A DNA stretch of 64,000 nt. Origin: Mobula hypostoma. Its lineage: Eukaryota. Made by a program: the position numbers and the translations under genes. Below, piece by piece: positions 12,431-25,769 of this stretch (the first letter of the stretch is position 1; each line of letters starts with the position of its first letter). Location: the NCBI RefSeq assembly GCF_963921235.1, contig NC_086108.1, positions 10,168,001-10,232,000 of the forward strand. The letters run 5' to 3'. The notes under the pieces were generated by a model that was not told the DNA's origin, searched no databases, and saw only the letters and a list, made by a program, of their open reading frames with translations.

Positions 12431-13855
12431 TAATGTACACCTTCATATCTCCAGACACCGAATGAAGCCTGTCCCTCGAAGAATCCCAGTGTGTGGGAAT
12501 GTTAACAGGAAGGTGAAAATGGTGATACCGTATAAGCTGATATTGAAAATGTCACACAGCTGTTCAAAACAGGATCTTATTCTTAATGGGTTCTTGCCAA
12601 AGAGTGTGTTAATTAGAAAATTAAACCTTGGTGCATTTGCTTCCAATTACTGTGACCTAACAATAGGAAAGCTGTGTTTTGTAAAGGGGTCAGTTAATTA
12701 ATGGTGATATGTTAAAACTCCAAGCAATTATCATGACAATTTCAATGTGAAAACAGCTGAGGTAAGCGATACAAAAATTCCACAACTTTGCGTCCTTGGA
12801 GCGGATTGCTGGAATGAGTGTGACGAGTGGGCGTTGCGGTATTGCACGCTGCTGTTACCTCTGGGGCATCAGAGTTCAGAGTGCAATTTGATGTCCCTGC
12901 ACATCCTCCCTGTGGAATGCGTGGGTTTTCCTGAAGAAGGGACTCGGCCCGAAGTGTTGACTGTTTACTGTTACAGGCAGCGTCTAGGAAGAGTACAGTC
13001 GACGTTACGGCCTGAAAAGTCCACTGTGCTCTTTTCCTAGATGCTGCCTGGCCTGCTGAGTTCTTCCAGCATTTTGTGTTGTGTTGCTCGGATTTCCAGC
13101 ATCTGCAGATTGTCTCTTGTTTGTGACTATTTAATCTTGCTGCCTGACCTGTTGAGTTCCTCCGGCATTTTGTGTGGCTTTCCTCCGGGTGCTCCAGTTT
13201 CCTCCCACAGTCCAAAGACGGCTGGTAGGTTAACCAGTCGTTGTAATTTATCTCGTGATTAGGCTAGGGTTAAACTGGGGGATTGCAGGGCAACGTGGCT
13301 CGAAGGGCTGGAAGGGCCTCTTCCCTACTGTCTATCGCAATAATAAATATATAAATTAAAGTGAGAGGTTAAAGTCTGACAGACTGGTAGTGCCATAGAC
13401 AAAGTACTGGAAAAACAGCAGGTCAGAAAGCATCCGTGGAGAAGGATAAAGTCGATGTTTTGGGATGAGACCCATCATCAGGACCGGAAAGGAAGGGGGC
13501 AGAATGGGTGGGGGTTGGGGAAGAAGTACAAACTAGGAGGTGAGACCAGGTGAGGGGGAAGGTGGGTGGATGGGGGAGAGGGGATGAAGTTGGAAGCTGG
13601 GAGATGATAGGTGGAGGGAGTAAAGGACTGAAGAAGAAAGAACCTGATAGGAAAGGAGAGTGGACCATGGAAAAAGGGAAGGAGGAGGGGCGCCGGGGGG
13701 AGGGTGATAGGCATGTGAGGAGAAGAGAAGGGGTGAGAAGGAAGTCGGAATGGGAAATGACTGATGCCACACTTCTGTCCCTAACGTTCTCTCTCTCGCG
13801 ACACAAGAGATCCCACGGTTGCTTTAAATCTTGAGCAACACACACCAAGTGCTGG

Positions 13856-16690
13856 AGCAACACTTAACGATCAAGTGCTAACCATTCTGTTTACTGTGAT
13901 CCTGACTGCAGTTTACATACCACCTCCGGCTGACTGTAATCAGGCGCTTGAGAGACTGCATGTTGCCATCACCAAACAAGAAACGGTCCATCCCAAATGC
14001 AATTCAAATGATAGTCAGAGATTTCAACCAGGCTTGTTTGAAGAAATCTCTGCCCCGTTATCATCAGCATATAATGTGCAGCACCAGGTGTCCCAACACA
14101 CTAAACTGCTGCTATACTATGATAATGAATGCCTACCGTTCGCTGGCCAGGATATATTTCAGGAAACCTGATCTCTTCTCCCACCTGCTGACAGGCAGAG
14201 GCTAAAGAGCAAAGCACAAAGAGTGGTCGTGCGAGGCAAAGGGGCAGCTGTGGGATTGCTTTGAGTCGATGGACTGGGCTGTGTTCAAGGGCTCACCAGT
14301 GCATCTGAATGAAGTCGCTGACTTTATAAAAGCAGTCTTAGATGGAAGTGTCCCCACAAAATCTTTCAGGGCCTCCCCTAGCCTGAAGCCCTTGATGAAC
14401 CATCGTCTGCTGAGGGCCAGATCAATGAAATTCAGGTCAGGCATCCAAGTAAGATACAAGAATTCCAGGTACAGAGGAGGTTTACTAAAACGTTGCCTGG
14501 GTTTCATCTCCTGAGTTACAAAGAAAGGTTGAACAAGTTAGGTCTTTATTCTTTGGAGCGTAGAAGGTTGAGGGGGGACTTGATAGAGGTGTTTAAAATT
14601 ATGAGGGGGATTGATAGAGATGATGTGGATAGGCTTTTCCCATTGAGAATGGGGGAGATTCAAACAAGAGGACATGAGTTGAGAGTTAAAGGGCAAAAGT
14701 TTAGGGGTAACATGGGGGGGAACTTCTTTACTCAGAGAGTGGTAGCTGTGTGGAACGAGCTTCCAGCAGAAGTGGTTGAGGCAGGTTCGATGTTGTCAGT
14801 TAAAGTTAAATTGGATAGGAAAAGAATGGAGGGTTATGGGCTGAGTGCAGGTCGGTGGGACTAGGTGAGAGTAAGAGTTCGGCACGGACTAGAAGGGCTG
14901 AGATGGCCTGTTTCCGTGCTGTAATTGTTATATGGTTATATTTTATATGGTTACAATCTCTGGAAAGCCAGCTCACATGTGAAGTGGCGATTCTGGACCA
15001 AACTTGACTCACTGAATGCTGCTTGATAGCTGTGGCAGGAGCTTGAATACTATTACCTCTTACAAAGTGGAATCAAGTGACACAGGTGACAACCAGGCTT
15101 TGCTTCCAGATGAGCTCAGTGTCTTCTCTGCTCGCTTTGACCATCAAAACATGGAGGAGCCTTCACAAACTACCAAACCCTGACAACCCTGTGATTTCAG
15201 TCTCTGAGCTCGACGTGAGAACATCCTTCAGGAGGGTGGATCCACTGAAAATATCCAGCCTAGATGGGGTACCAGGCCGAGAACTAAGGACCTGTGCTGA
15301 TCAATTAACAGTCTCCTAGATCGGCTGCAGCGAGGACTGGCCTCATGGCTGTGAACTCACTTTCATGGACTTCAGTTCTGAATATTATTTGCCTACTGTT
15401 TATTGCTTACACAATTTGTTTTTTTTTTCTACACGGGATGCTCGATGGTCTTCTTTTTCAATGGGTTCTTCTGAATTTTTTTTGTGGCTGTCTGTCAGGA
15501 GATGAATCTCAACATTATATATAGTACACACACTTCGTTAATAAATATATTTTGAACTTTGAATTGGCTGGAGTGTTCACTGACATCTCCAACCCCTTGC
15601 TTCAGCAGGGGGAGCTACCCACTTATTTCTGGCTGGACCCAATCATACTGGTGCCTAAGAAGAACATGATAATCTGCCTCAGTGTCTACTGTCCAGTAGC
15701 ACTTACATCCAACGTGATGAGGCAACACTTAACCATCAAGTGCAAACCATTCTGTTTACCAAGGGCGTTCTTCTCAGTGATCCTGACTGCAGTTTACATA
15801 CCACCTCCGGCCGAGAGGTTAGTGATGAAACATATTAACTCCTGCCTGAGAAGCGACTTGGATCTGCTCCAGTTTGCCTACCGGCACCACAGGCCCACAG
15901 CAGATGCCTTTTCATTGGCTTTTCACTAAGCCCTGGAGCAGCTGGACGGCAAGGGTGCATGCATCTGGATGCTCTTTATCGACTACAGCTTAGCATTCAA
16001 TATTATTATCCCCTCAGAACTAATAAGTAAACTTCAAGACGTTGACCTCAATAACTCTTTGTGCAATTTGATCCTTGATTTCCTCACTTGCAGATCCCAG
16101 TCAGTTTGGATTCCCCACCACAATCTCCCTCACCACAGGTGTACCACATAGCTGTGTGTTTAGCCCCCTGCTCTTCTCACTTTACAGTTATGACTGCGTG
16201 GCTAAGCACAGCTCCCATGCCCTGTTTTAGTTTGCTGATGACACCACTGTCGCTGGCTGAATCAAAGGCGGTGACGAATCAGATATAGGAGGGAGATTGA
16301 AAATATGGCTGAATGGTGCCATAACAACAAACTCTTACTCAATTTCAGCAAGACCAAGAAGGTGATTATTGACTTCAGGAGGAGGAAACTGGACATCCAT
16401 GAGCCAGACCTCATCGAGGAGCGAAGGTAGAGAGGATCAGTAAATTTAACTTCCTCAGTGTTGTCATTTCAAAGGACCTGTCCTCAACTTGGCACATAGA
16501 GAAGTTATGAAGAAAGCATGGCAGCGCCTCTACTTCCTTAGAAGTTTGTGAAGGTTCGACATGATATCTAACATTTTGACAAACTTCTATAGATGTGCGG
16601 TGGAGAGTATATTGACTGGCTGCTTCACAGCCTGGTATGGAAACGCCAATTCCCTTGAACAGAAAATCCCACGAAGTGTAATGGATACAT
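13856..16690 (+). mobile_element. Decayed Rex1/Babar-type LINE (APE + RT) mosaic with nested insertions
   Basis: VILTAVYIPPPAD, DFNQACLK, CPVALTS, LQFAYR and [14 protein letters not shown] motifs with many frameshifts. Confidence 0.75.
14470..14952 (+). mobile_element. CR1 3' end, well preserved
   Basis: LSYKERLNKLGLYSLERRRLRGDLIEVFKIMRG...FFTQRVVAVWNELP; ATATGGTT repeat tail. Confidence 0.85.
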
Positions 16691-18054
16691 CACAGTCTGC
16701 TTGGATTTGCTGAGTATGCCCACAAGAAAATGAATCTCAGGGTTGTATATGGAGAGATGTATGCACTTTGATAATAAATTTACTTTAAACCCTGAACTTT
16801 GAGCTCAACATGTCAAGCAGCATCCATGGAGGGGAAGATCGAGGCTCGATGGCCAAAGCTTAAAGATTGAAAATCTCTGTGAGAACGCTGGAGATCTCCG
16901 CCAGTCTGCTGGAGGCTGGAGGTCAATGAGGATATCTGTCCTGGGGTTGACGGGCTAAGAACATAAGACATAAGAGCATAATTAGGCCATAGATTCTGTT
17001 CTGCCATTCTATCATGGCTGATTTATTATCCCTCCCAACCCCATTCTCCTGCCTTCTCCCTGTAAGTATTGATGCTCTGATTGGTTGAAAATAATTCTGG
17101 GATTGAAAGACTTGTCATATGAGGAGCTTTTGATGGTTTTTGATAGCTCAGGGCCCGTATATACTGGAATTCAGAAGAGTTTAGAAAGGCCTTGATAGAG
17201 TGGATGTAGAGAGGACGTTTCCAACGGAGGGAGCGTCTAAGACCAGAGGACACAACCTCAGAATAGAGGAATGTCCATTTAGAATGGAGATGAGGAGGAA
17301 ATTCTTTATCTAGATGGCGGTGACTCTCTGGAATTCATTGCCACTGACGGCTGTGGAGGCCAAGTCATTGGGTGTATTTAAGGCAGAGGGTGATGGATAC
17401 TTGATTAGTCAGGGCATGAAGTGATATGTGGAGAAGGCAGGAGATTTGGACTGAAAGAAAAATGGCGGAGCAGACTCAATGGGTCAGGCGGCTAAATTCT
17501 GTTCCTATATCTCATGGTCTAATCAATAACCTATCAATCTCTATGTATGGATGTGGGTGGGTGGGAGGGAGGAAATTTCAACTTGTTGTTTTGTTGTTTG
17601 GTTCTATGTCGCTCTGCTGGGCTTGGTGAGCATATTGAGTTGTTTCTGGAAATGTGTGGTGACACTTGTGGGCTGCTCCAGGCACAATCACAGAGTCATA
17701 GAAAAGTACAGCACAGGAGCAGGCCCTTCACCCCATCTAGTCTGTGCTGAACCATTTAAAATGCTTACTTCAACCTGCATCAGGACCATAGCCCTCCATA
17801 CCCCTACCATCCGTGTACCTATCCAAACTTCTCCCAGATGTTGAAATTGAGCTCACATGCACCACTTGTGTTGGCAGCTCATTCCACACTCTCACCACCC
17901 TCTGAGTGAAGAAGTTTCCTCTCATGTTCACCTTTATCCTTTCAGCTTTCACTATTAACCCATGACCTCTGGTTGTAGTCCCACCCAACCTCACTGGAAA
18001 AAGCCTGCTTGCATTTACCCTCTCTATATCCATTATAATTTTGTACACCTCTAT

Positions 18055-18720
18055 CTCAATCTCACCTGGTCCAGGAACACCACTGGGATTGTGAAACGGG
18101 CCCAGCAGAGATTGCAGCTTCTGAGGAAGCTTAAACAAGCATCACTCCCCACTAACATCTTAACTACATTCTACAGAGGCGTGGTTGAGAGTGTGCTGAC
18201 CTTTTGCATCACAACCTGGTACTCCAGCTGCAGTGCTGTCGACAAAAAAGCCTTGCAGAGGGTGGTTAGGGGAGCAGAGAAGGTTATTGGGGTCTCCCTA
18301 CCTTCTGTCCAAGACCCCTTTCAGAGTCAATGCCTCCAGAAGACACGGTACATCATTAAAGACCCCTCACACCCTCTCCATGAACTGTTTGTTCTTCTGC
18401 CATCAGGCAAACGTTACAGGAGCATCGAAACTAAAACCACAAGGCTACTAAACAGCTTCCTCCCACAGGCAGTCAGACTGCTAAATAGCTGCTCCACCTG
18501 ACTCTACTTTGGACACTTTTAACTTGCACTGGACACTTATAACTGATTTTAACCGACATGTGGCTGTTGCGTTTTACTATTTATTGTTATGTTTATTATT
18601 TAGTGTTGCGTTTGTTATGTTATGATTGCACTGCTCCTGGGAAATGCTGTCTCATTCTGCCCCGCAGAGCTGATGTACGGTTAGAATGACAATAAAGTTT
18701 TTTGAATCTTTGAAACTTTG
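18055..18720 (+). mobile_element. Rex1/Babar 3' end nested in an antisense CR1 fragment (17700-18990)
   Basis: LTWSRNTTGIVKRAQQRLQLLRKLK...HPLHELFVLLPSGKRYRSI...NSFLPQAVRLLN; AATAAA near the end. Confidence 0.85.
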
Positions 18721-18999
18721 AAATCTCCTCTCAATCTTCTACGTTCCGAGGAATACAGTCCTAACCTATTCAATCTTTCCTTATAACTCAGGTCCTCCAG
18801 ACCTGGCAACATCCTTGTATATTTCCTTTGTACTCTTTCAACGTTATTTACATCTTTCCTGTAGGTACGTGACCAAAACTGCACACAACACTCAAAATTA
18901 GGCCTTACCAACATCTTATACAATTTCAACATAATATTCTGTCTCCTGTACTCAGTACTTTGATTTATGAAGGCCAACGTGCCAAAAGCTTTCTTTATG

Positions 19000-19975
19000 A
19001 ATTGAATTTAAATCTTACATCCATCCCACAACATGAGGGAGTAAAAATCTTTGTGTTACGGCTCCATCACAATGTACAGACATGTGAATTTATAAATCTA
19101 ATGGCTTGTAGAAAGAAGCTGTCCCTAGCCTGTTGGTCCTGGCTTTAATGCTGGGGTAGCATTTGCCAGATGGAAGCAGTTGAAACAGTTTATGGTCGGG
19201 GTGACTGGAGTCTCTGATGATCTTCCAGGCCTTCTTTCTGTACCTGCTGCTATAAGTGACCTCAATGGAGGGAATTTCACATTCACAGATGCGCTGGGCT
19301 GTCCATACCACTCTCTGCAGTGCCCAGTGATCAAGGTTGGGTCAGTTCCTCTACCAGGCGGTGATACAGCCAATCAGGGTGCTCTCAATGATGCCCCTAT
19401 AGCAGGTCTTGAGGATTTGGACATTGAGGGAGAGGTTGCTATCCTGACATTATGGTGTCAGGGGGTCAGCCTCTCCTCTGTAGGCTGTCTCATTACCGCT
19501 GGAAACAAGGCTGATTAAAGCTGTGACATCTGCAGATTTGATCAGCAGGTTGGAGCTGTGTGTGGCAGTACAGTCGTGGGTGTAAAGGGAGTAAGGCGGG
19601 GTGCAGGCCGAGGTCTCTGAGCTTCCTGTCAAGCCTAAACGGAATTATGGTGTTGAATGCTGAACTGTAGTCCCCAAACAGCGTTCTGGCGTATGCATCC
19701 CTCTTCTTCAGGTGAGTGAAGATGGTGTATATTGCTGTGGCTAGGACATCATCGGTAGACCAGTTCTGTCTGTAGGCAAATTGTAGGGGGCCAGTGTGTG
19801 TGGTAGCATGCTGCAGATGTCACCTTTAACCAGCCTTGCAAAGCATTTGCGTATAATTGAGGTGAGTGTGACAGAGCGCCAATCGTTCAGGCATGCTACA
19901 TTAGTTTTCTGAGGTACAGGGACAATGCTGGACGATTTGGAACAGGAGGGCACTACACACTGGGAGAGGGAGAGA
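19000..19975 (-). mobile_element. Rex1/Babar-type LINE fragment
   Basis: VPSCSKSSSIVPVPQK...CLNDWRSVTLTS and HPDHKLFQLLPSGK motifs. Confidence 0.75.
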
Positions 19976-20095
19976 TTAAAAATGGCCCTACCTACCTGTG
20001 ACATCCTTGGGTTATGTTGGTTGTTAATGCAAACAACGTTTTGACAAACACGTGATGAATAAATCTGAATCTGAATCTGAGCCATGGATGCTTTG

Positions 20096-20790
20096 AGCTG
20101 AGACCCTTCATCAGGAATGGAAAGGAAAGGGGCAGATATTAGAAGGGTCTCAGACTGAAACGTGGACTGTTCATTCCCCTCCATAGATGCAGCCTGACCT
20201 GCTGAGTTCCTCCAGCATTTTGTGTGTGTTGCTCTGCATCTTCAGCATCTGCAGAATTTCTCATGCCTTCAGGAAATGTCTCTGGCTGCTGGCTGCAGTG
20301 AACCCACCACTAATGGTGCTTTATATCCTCACCATACTGATTTGAAAGTGGCTCTGGGGGAAGTGTCGGATCTTTGTAAAGGCTGTGTCTACGCTTCCTT
20401 ACTGTCTGCACCTTACACCCAGATTGAAATCAGCCAGTGGAGAGAATGGGGCAATAACCAAAAGCAGTAAAGATCAGCTGCTCGAGGTAACACACCTCTC
20501 TCCAGTGGAGGAAGGGGAATTGGTCAGTGATGGAGGTAATGTAGAGAAGGCAGTCCCACCAGCATTTTGTGTGTGGCAGGTTCTTGTTGTGAATTGTGAC
20601 CTGTTTGGTGCCGGAGGATTCCAGCATCCTGACTGGCTCCATCTTCTTACATCAGGAGAGACTTTGGACGGTTGTTGAGGTTGCTGTTGTGTGGTCTGAT
20701 CCTGATTCTTCAGCCAGAGGGTGGTGTATCTGTGGGATTCATTGCCACTGACAGCTATAGAGGCCAAATCATTGAGTATATTTAAAGCAG
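20096..20790 (+). repeat. Local duplication, copy 2 (empty PLE site)
   Basis: Single AGATATTAGAAGGG at ~20134-20147, then sequence matching 2436-3070. Confidence 0.9.
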
Positions 20791-20814
20791 AGGTTGATAG
20801 TTTCTTGATTAGTT

Positions 20815-21195
20815 CATTTGTCTGTCATCTGTTGTGCCGTATGACGTGGGCAATCGTGGTCTTTGCATGACCATCATTGTTCTTGGCGAATATTTTTATG
20901 GAAGTGGTTTGCCTTTGCCTTCTCCTGGGCAGCGTCTTTACAAGACAGGTGACCCCAACCATTAGCAATACTCTTTAGAAACTGTCTGCCTGGCGTCAGT
21001 TGTCACATAACCAGGACTTGTGATCTGCACCGGCTGCTCATACGACCATCCCATGGCTTCACATGACCTCGATTCGGTGGGGGGGGGGCGCTAAGCAGGT
21101 GCTACACCCTTGCCTAAGGGTGACCTGCAGGTTAGTGGAGGGAAGGAGTGCCATACACCCCCTTTGGTAGAGGCACATCTCCACCCCATCACCCA
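20815..21195 (-). mobile_element. Short non-autonomous retroelement with RTE/BovB-like 3' end
   Basis: Second copy at 54658-55026 flanked by AGCTCAAAT TSD; minus strand GGCAAACCACTTC...GCCAAGAACAA. Confidence 0.55.
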
Positions 21196-22592
21196 TCTTG
21201 TTTAGTAAGGGCATTGAAAGTTACAGGGAGAAGGCAGGAGCATGGGGTTGAGAGGGATACTAAGTCAGCCATGATGGAATGTTGGAGCAGACTTATTGGG
21301 TGAAATGGTCAAACGCTGCTCCCTTGTCCTGTGGTCTGAAACTGAGAGTTGAGGTTGGATGGCTCTTATCGTGTGTGTTATTCCTGTGTGTAAACAGCAC
21401 GTCATACACACAACAACCTCTCCAACGCCACCCCAGTCCCTCTCTCTGCAACCACCTCAGTCCCCATAGTTCTCTGAGATCTCTGCACCATTCGATCTCT
21501 TGCATTTCTGCTGCAATCTGCCACAGCGAAATGCTTCCTCTCCTTCACACTGCAGCCCCACTCCCTAAGAAATAAACAGGCAGGGTGTAAAACCAGGAAT
21601 GACCTTCCCTTTACCTGTTGCTTTTTGATTTTCAGATAGATTAAAATTAGTTCTAAAATAATAATGAATTTCTTCCTTAGGCAGTTAATCTGATCAACCA
21701 TTCTTGTTAGCCTCCCTGGCCTCCTCTATGACTGTATAGCAAACACTTTAAATTATTTTTTATAATGCTGCTTACATTGTACTGGGCAGCTGGCAGCATA
21801 GTGGTTAGCAAAATACGGTACAGTACATGTTCGTTTTGACCTGGGTTCAATTCCCACCACTGCCAGTAAGGAGTTTGTACGTTCCTCCTGTGACTGCATG
21901 GGAAATGTGTAGGCAGAAGGGAATTAGTTTAACTTGGCACCATCGTCAGCACAGATGCGATGGGCTGAAGGGCCTGCTCCCCAACAGTACTAGTATAAGT
22001 TTACTGTATTAAAGTGTGGACTTATGCAAATCTGCTGGGTTGTTTGATATGCTGAGCTTTTCTCTGTAAATTTGCCTAGGGAAAGTCAGAAACAGGTATT
22101 AAATTGAACGCTGAGGCATCACCTTACTATGTTGAAGATTTCTCAGATTTTGACAGCCTAAAATTCATTTATAGTTTAGCTGAGCCCTTCAAATATGCAC
22201 AGTTCTTCCTCTGGGAGTGATAGATCTTTTTTATTTTGTATCTTTTAAGAGCTGTATCTGAGATTCCAGCTGCTTTGCCCGGGTCTGGATGGCAGCATCA
22301 GTCTTTGTGCACGTCTCTATTAAACATTGAAACATGGCTTGTTAGGCTGGTCTATTGTACTGGTAGAGTGTGAACATCAATAGGCAATGAAGGCCTACTG
22401 GCTCTTAGCTTGGCAGTGAGGTTCATACCTTTGTTCTCTTTCTGTTCATTAAAGGACTCCAGTGCATTATCCTTGAACTGACTCTGCTCCAGGCTACTGA
22501 TTCCACCAGTGTAGGTGTAGCTCCCTTTGTTTCTGAAGGGCTTCCTCACCATTCAGCAAATGTTATTCTGCAGAGAGTTGTAAAATTAGTCA

Positions 22593-22797
22593 ACACACAC
22601 AAAATGCGGGAGGAACACAGCAGGCCAGGCAGCATCAATGGAAATGAATAAACAATCGACGTTTTGGGCTGAGACCCTTCCATTTTGAAATGTCGACTGT
22701 TTACTCTTTTCCATAGATGCTACCTGGCCTGCTGAGTTCCTCCAGCATTTTGCGTGTGTTGCTCGGATTTCTATCCCAGCACCTGCAGAATTTCTGG
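22593..22797. mobile_element. Miniature fold-back PLE insertion
   Basis: Inverted pseudo-LTR arms; TSD TGTAAAATTAGTCA (22579-22592) / TGTAAAATCAGTCA (22798-22811). Confidence 0.8.
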
Positions 22798-22920
22798 TGT
22801 AAAATCAGTCAGCTCCATCATGGGCACGAGCCTCCATTGTATCCATGACATCTTCAAGGAGTGGCATCCATCATTAAGGACCCCATCACCCAGGACATGC
22901 CCTCCTCTCATTGCTACCAT

Positions 22921-23258
22921 CTGACGGTGATGTCTGAAAAGAGGATGCTGTCTAAGTTGCATGCCATCTTGGTCGATGTCTCCCATCCACTACATAATGT
23001 ACTGGGTGGGCACAGGAGTACATTCAGCCAGAGACTCATTCCACCGAGATGCAACACAGAGCGTCATAGGAAGTCATTCCTGCCTGTGGCCATCAAACTT
23101 TACAACTCCTCCCTTGGAGGGTCAGACACCCTGAGCCAAAAGGCTGGTCCTGGACTTATTTCCTGGCATAATTTACATATTACTATTTAATTATTTATGG
23201 TGCAACTGTAATGAAAACCAGTTTCCCCCGGGATCAATGAAGTATGACTATGACTATG
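22921..23258 (+). mobile_element. Young Rex1-like 3' end
   Basis: LTVMSEKRMLSKLHAILVDVSHPLH...RKSFLPVAIKLYN; (ACTATG)n tail; near-identical to part of 36470-37060. Confidence 0.85.
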
Positions 23259-24039
23259 AAGGAGGTACAGGAGCCTGAAGACACACACTCAGCTGTTTCT
23301 TTGCCTCTGCGATCTGATTTCTGAATAGACACTGAACCCATGAGCACTACCTCTACTTTTTTATTTTTATTTTTGCCCACTTATTTAATTTAACTATTTA
23401 ATATATATATACTTAGGTAATTCAGTTTTTTTTCCTCTCTATTATCATGTATTGCATTGTACTGCTGCCGGAAAGTTAACAAACTTCACAACACATGCCA
23501 GCGATATTAAACATGATTTTGATTCACTGAAATTACTCCTGGTGTGGGTACCTGGTATCTCTGGTAACATTGAGGTAAACGATCACTGCAAACAATGGAG
23601 AGGTGGGTGGAAGTGAAGGAGAGTCAAGGGTCAAAGTGAGCAGGTACGAGGCGAAGTTGAGGCATATTTGAGTCGAGTGGAGGCGTGGAAGAGTCGAGGC
23701 TATTCGGCCGATGCTGAGAGGAAGGAGAGAGCAGAGGTTTGTTTGATCTAAGTGCCAGGTCGATTTGGAAAGGTCGGGTACAGGCGGAAATGTGGCAGTG
23801 GGGTCCAGGCCCAGAGTGTATCGAAGCGACAGGGCCTGGGATCCTAGAGCAAGGAACAACCCGATGTTTGAGCCATTTAAACACTGGGCCAGATTGAAAA
23901 GGCATTGTTGGGACCAGGGGTGAGGACTGGGCCCATTCTGCACACTGCTCTGTGATATTTACTTGGCTTTGTGCTAAATGCTGAACTGATGCTAAGGCTG
24001 TGGCCCACTCTGGCCTCTTAATCTACTCTAAGGTCAATC

Positions 24040-24449
24040 TAACCCTTCCATCCTACATAGCCCACCATTTTTCTTTCATCCATGTGCCTATCTAAGAGTT
24101 TCTTAAATGCCGCTAATGTATCTGCCTCTACCACCACTCCTGGCAGGGTGTCCCACTCTCTGTAAAAAAAACTACCTCTAATATCTCCTCTGAACTTTCT
24201 TCCAATTACCTTTAGAGTATGTCCTCTCATATTAGCCATTGCTGTCCTGGGAAAAGGCGCTGGTTATCCACTCAATCTACGCCTCTTATCATCTTATAGA
24301 TCTCAATCAAGTCACCTCTCATCTTCTTTCACTCCAAAGAGACAGGCCCTAGCTCACTCAATCTATCCTCATAAGACATGCCCTCCAATCCAGGCAGCAT
24401 TCTGGTAAATCTCTTCTGCACCCTCTCTAAAGCTTCCACATCCTTCCTA
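24040..24449 (-). mobile_element. CR1 fragment, split by the full-length CR1; resumes at ~28630-29110
   Basis: RKDVEALERVQKRFTRMLPGLEGMSYEDRL; the upstream continuation follows 28630. Confidence 0.75.
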
Positions 24450-24725
24450 GCCAGAGGCATCGGGAGCAGCGGAAGGCAGGCGGAGCACCGCCAAACACGG
24501 TGAGTTCCATCTCCATGCATGGGGGTTTTTCTTATTTTGTTAAACCATAAAAGAGAGATAGGGTCTAGCGGAGTGGCTACCATCGGAACGGGGGCTAGAG
24601 TCAGAGTGGGAACCTGGAGGCTTTGACGAGAAGAGGCTGAGGCCAAAGAAACGGGAAGAAGGGTAAGTTTTTCCTTTTGTTATTGCTGATTTGGTCTTGG
24701 TTGCCCATGGTTCAGTGCAGGCAGG

Positions 24726-25650
24726 ATGGCAGATATGGCAGTGGAATGCTCCTCCTGTAGGATGTGGGAATTTGTCGAAGCTGATCGTCTCCCTGGTGAC
24801 CACACCTGCGAGAATAGAGCCAACTCCAGCTCCTGAAAGACATCATTAAGGAGCTGGAGCTGGATGAGCTAAGGATCATCCGGGAGGCAGAACAATTGAT
24901 AAATAAGACATCTGAGCATGTAGTTACACCCAGAGCACAGAATTCAGGGAGTAGGTGGGTGAACACCGAGAGAGTGAAGGGAGAAGGAAGTCAGTACAAG
25001 GTTCCCCTGTGGCCATTCCCCTCAGTAACAGCTATACCCCTTTGGATACTGCTGAGGGGGATGACCTATCCGGGCAGGGCAGCAGCAGCCACACCAATAG
25101 CACTGTGGTCGGCTCTGAGCCTTGGAAAGGTAGGGTGAAGTCAGGTGGAACAATAGTCATAGGGGACTTGATAGTTAGGGGGACAGATAGGGGATTCTGC
25201 GGCAGTAAAAGAGACACCAGAATAATGTGTTGCCTCCTAGGTGCTAGAGTCCAGGATGTCTCTGAGCAGTTGCAGAATATTCTGGAAGGGGAGGGTGAGC
25301 AACCAGAGGTCGTGGTACACGTTGGTACCAAAGACATAAGCAGGAGACGGGTAGAGGTTCTGCGCAGTGAGTTTAGGGAGTTAGGAAGGAGACTGAAGTG
25401 TAGGACCTCCAAGGTGGTAACCCCCGGATTACTCCCAGTGTAATGAGCGAGTGAAGGTCAGAACAGGAAGATAGCACAGACGAATGTGAGGCTGAGGAGA
25501 TGGAGGAGGGGACAGGGTTTCAAGTTCTTGGATCATGGGAACCTTTTCTGAGGAAGGGGTGATCTGTACGAGTGGGACATGTTGCACCTGAACTGGAGGG
25601 GAACCAATATCCTGGGAGATAGGTTTGCTAATGCTATTGGGGAGGGTTTA
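24726..25650 (+). pseudogene. CR1 ORF1 with SGNH/GDSL esterase domain, frameshifted
   Basis: MADMAVECSSCRMWEF; IVIGDLIVRG (GDS degenerate); CCLLGARVQDV; VVVHVGTKDI (GTND degenerate). Confidence 0.85.
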
Positions 25651-25769
25651 AACTAGATTTGCAGGGGGGGTCAGAACTGCAGAGGATGGGGCGGTTGACC
25701 CACAAGTAGAGACAGCTTGAAGGGAGTTTGTGAGGAAGGACAGGCAGATGATAGATACACTCAGCCAGA

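Noticed and set aside
12443..12646. Hydrophobic minus-strand ORF as a membrane protein exon
   Set aside because: No recognisable family and no convincing splice signals.
17962..18501. 179-aa ORF as a novel gene
   Set aside because: Chance fusion of antisense CR1 sequence and a Rex1 3' end.
24955..25443. SGNH esterase as a captured host gene
   Set aside because: An esterase domain is a known component of CR1 ORF1 and sits in the expected position.
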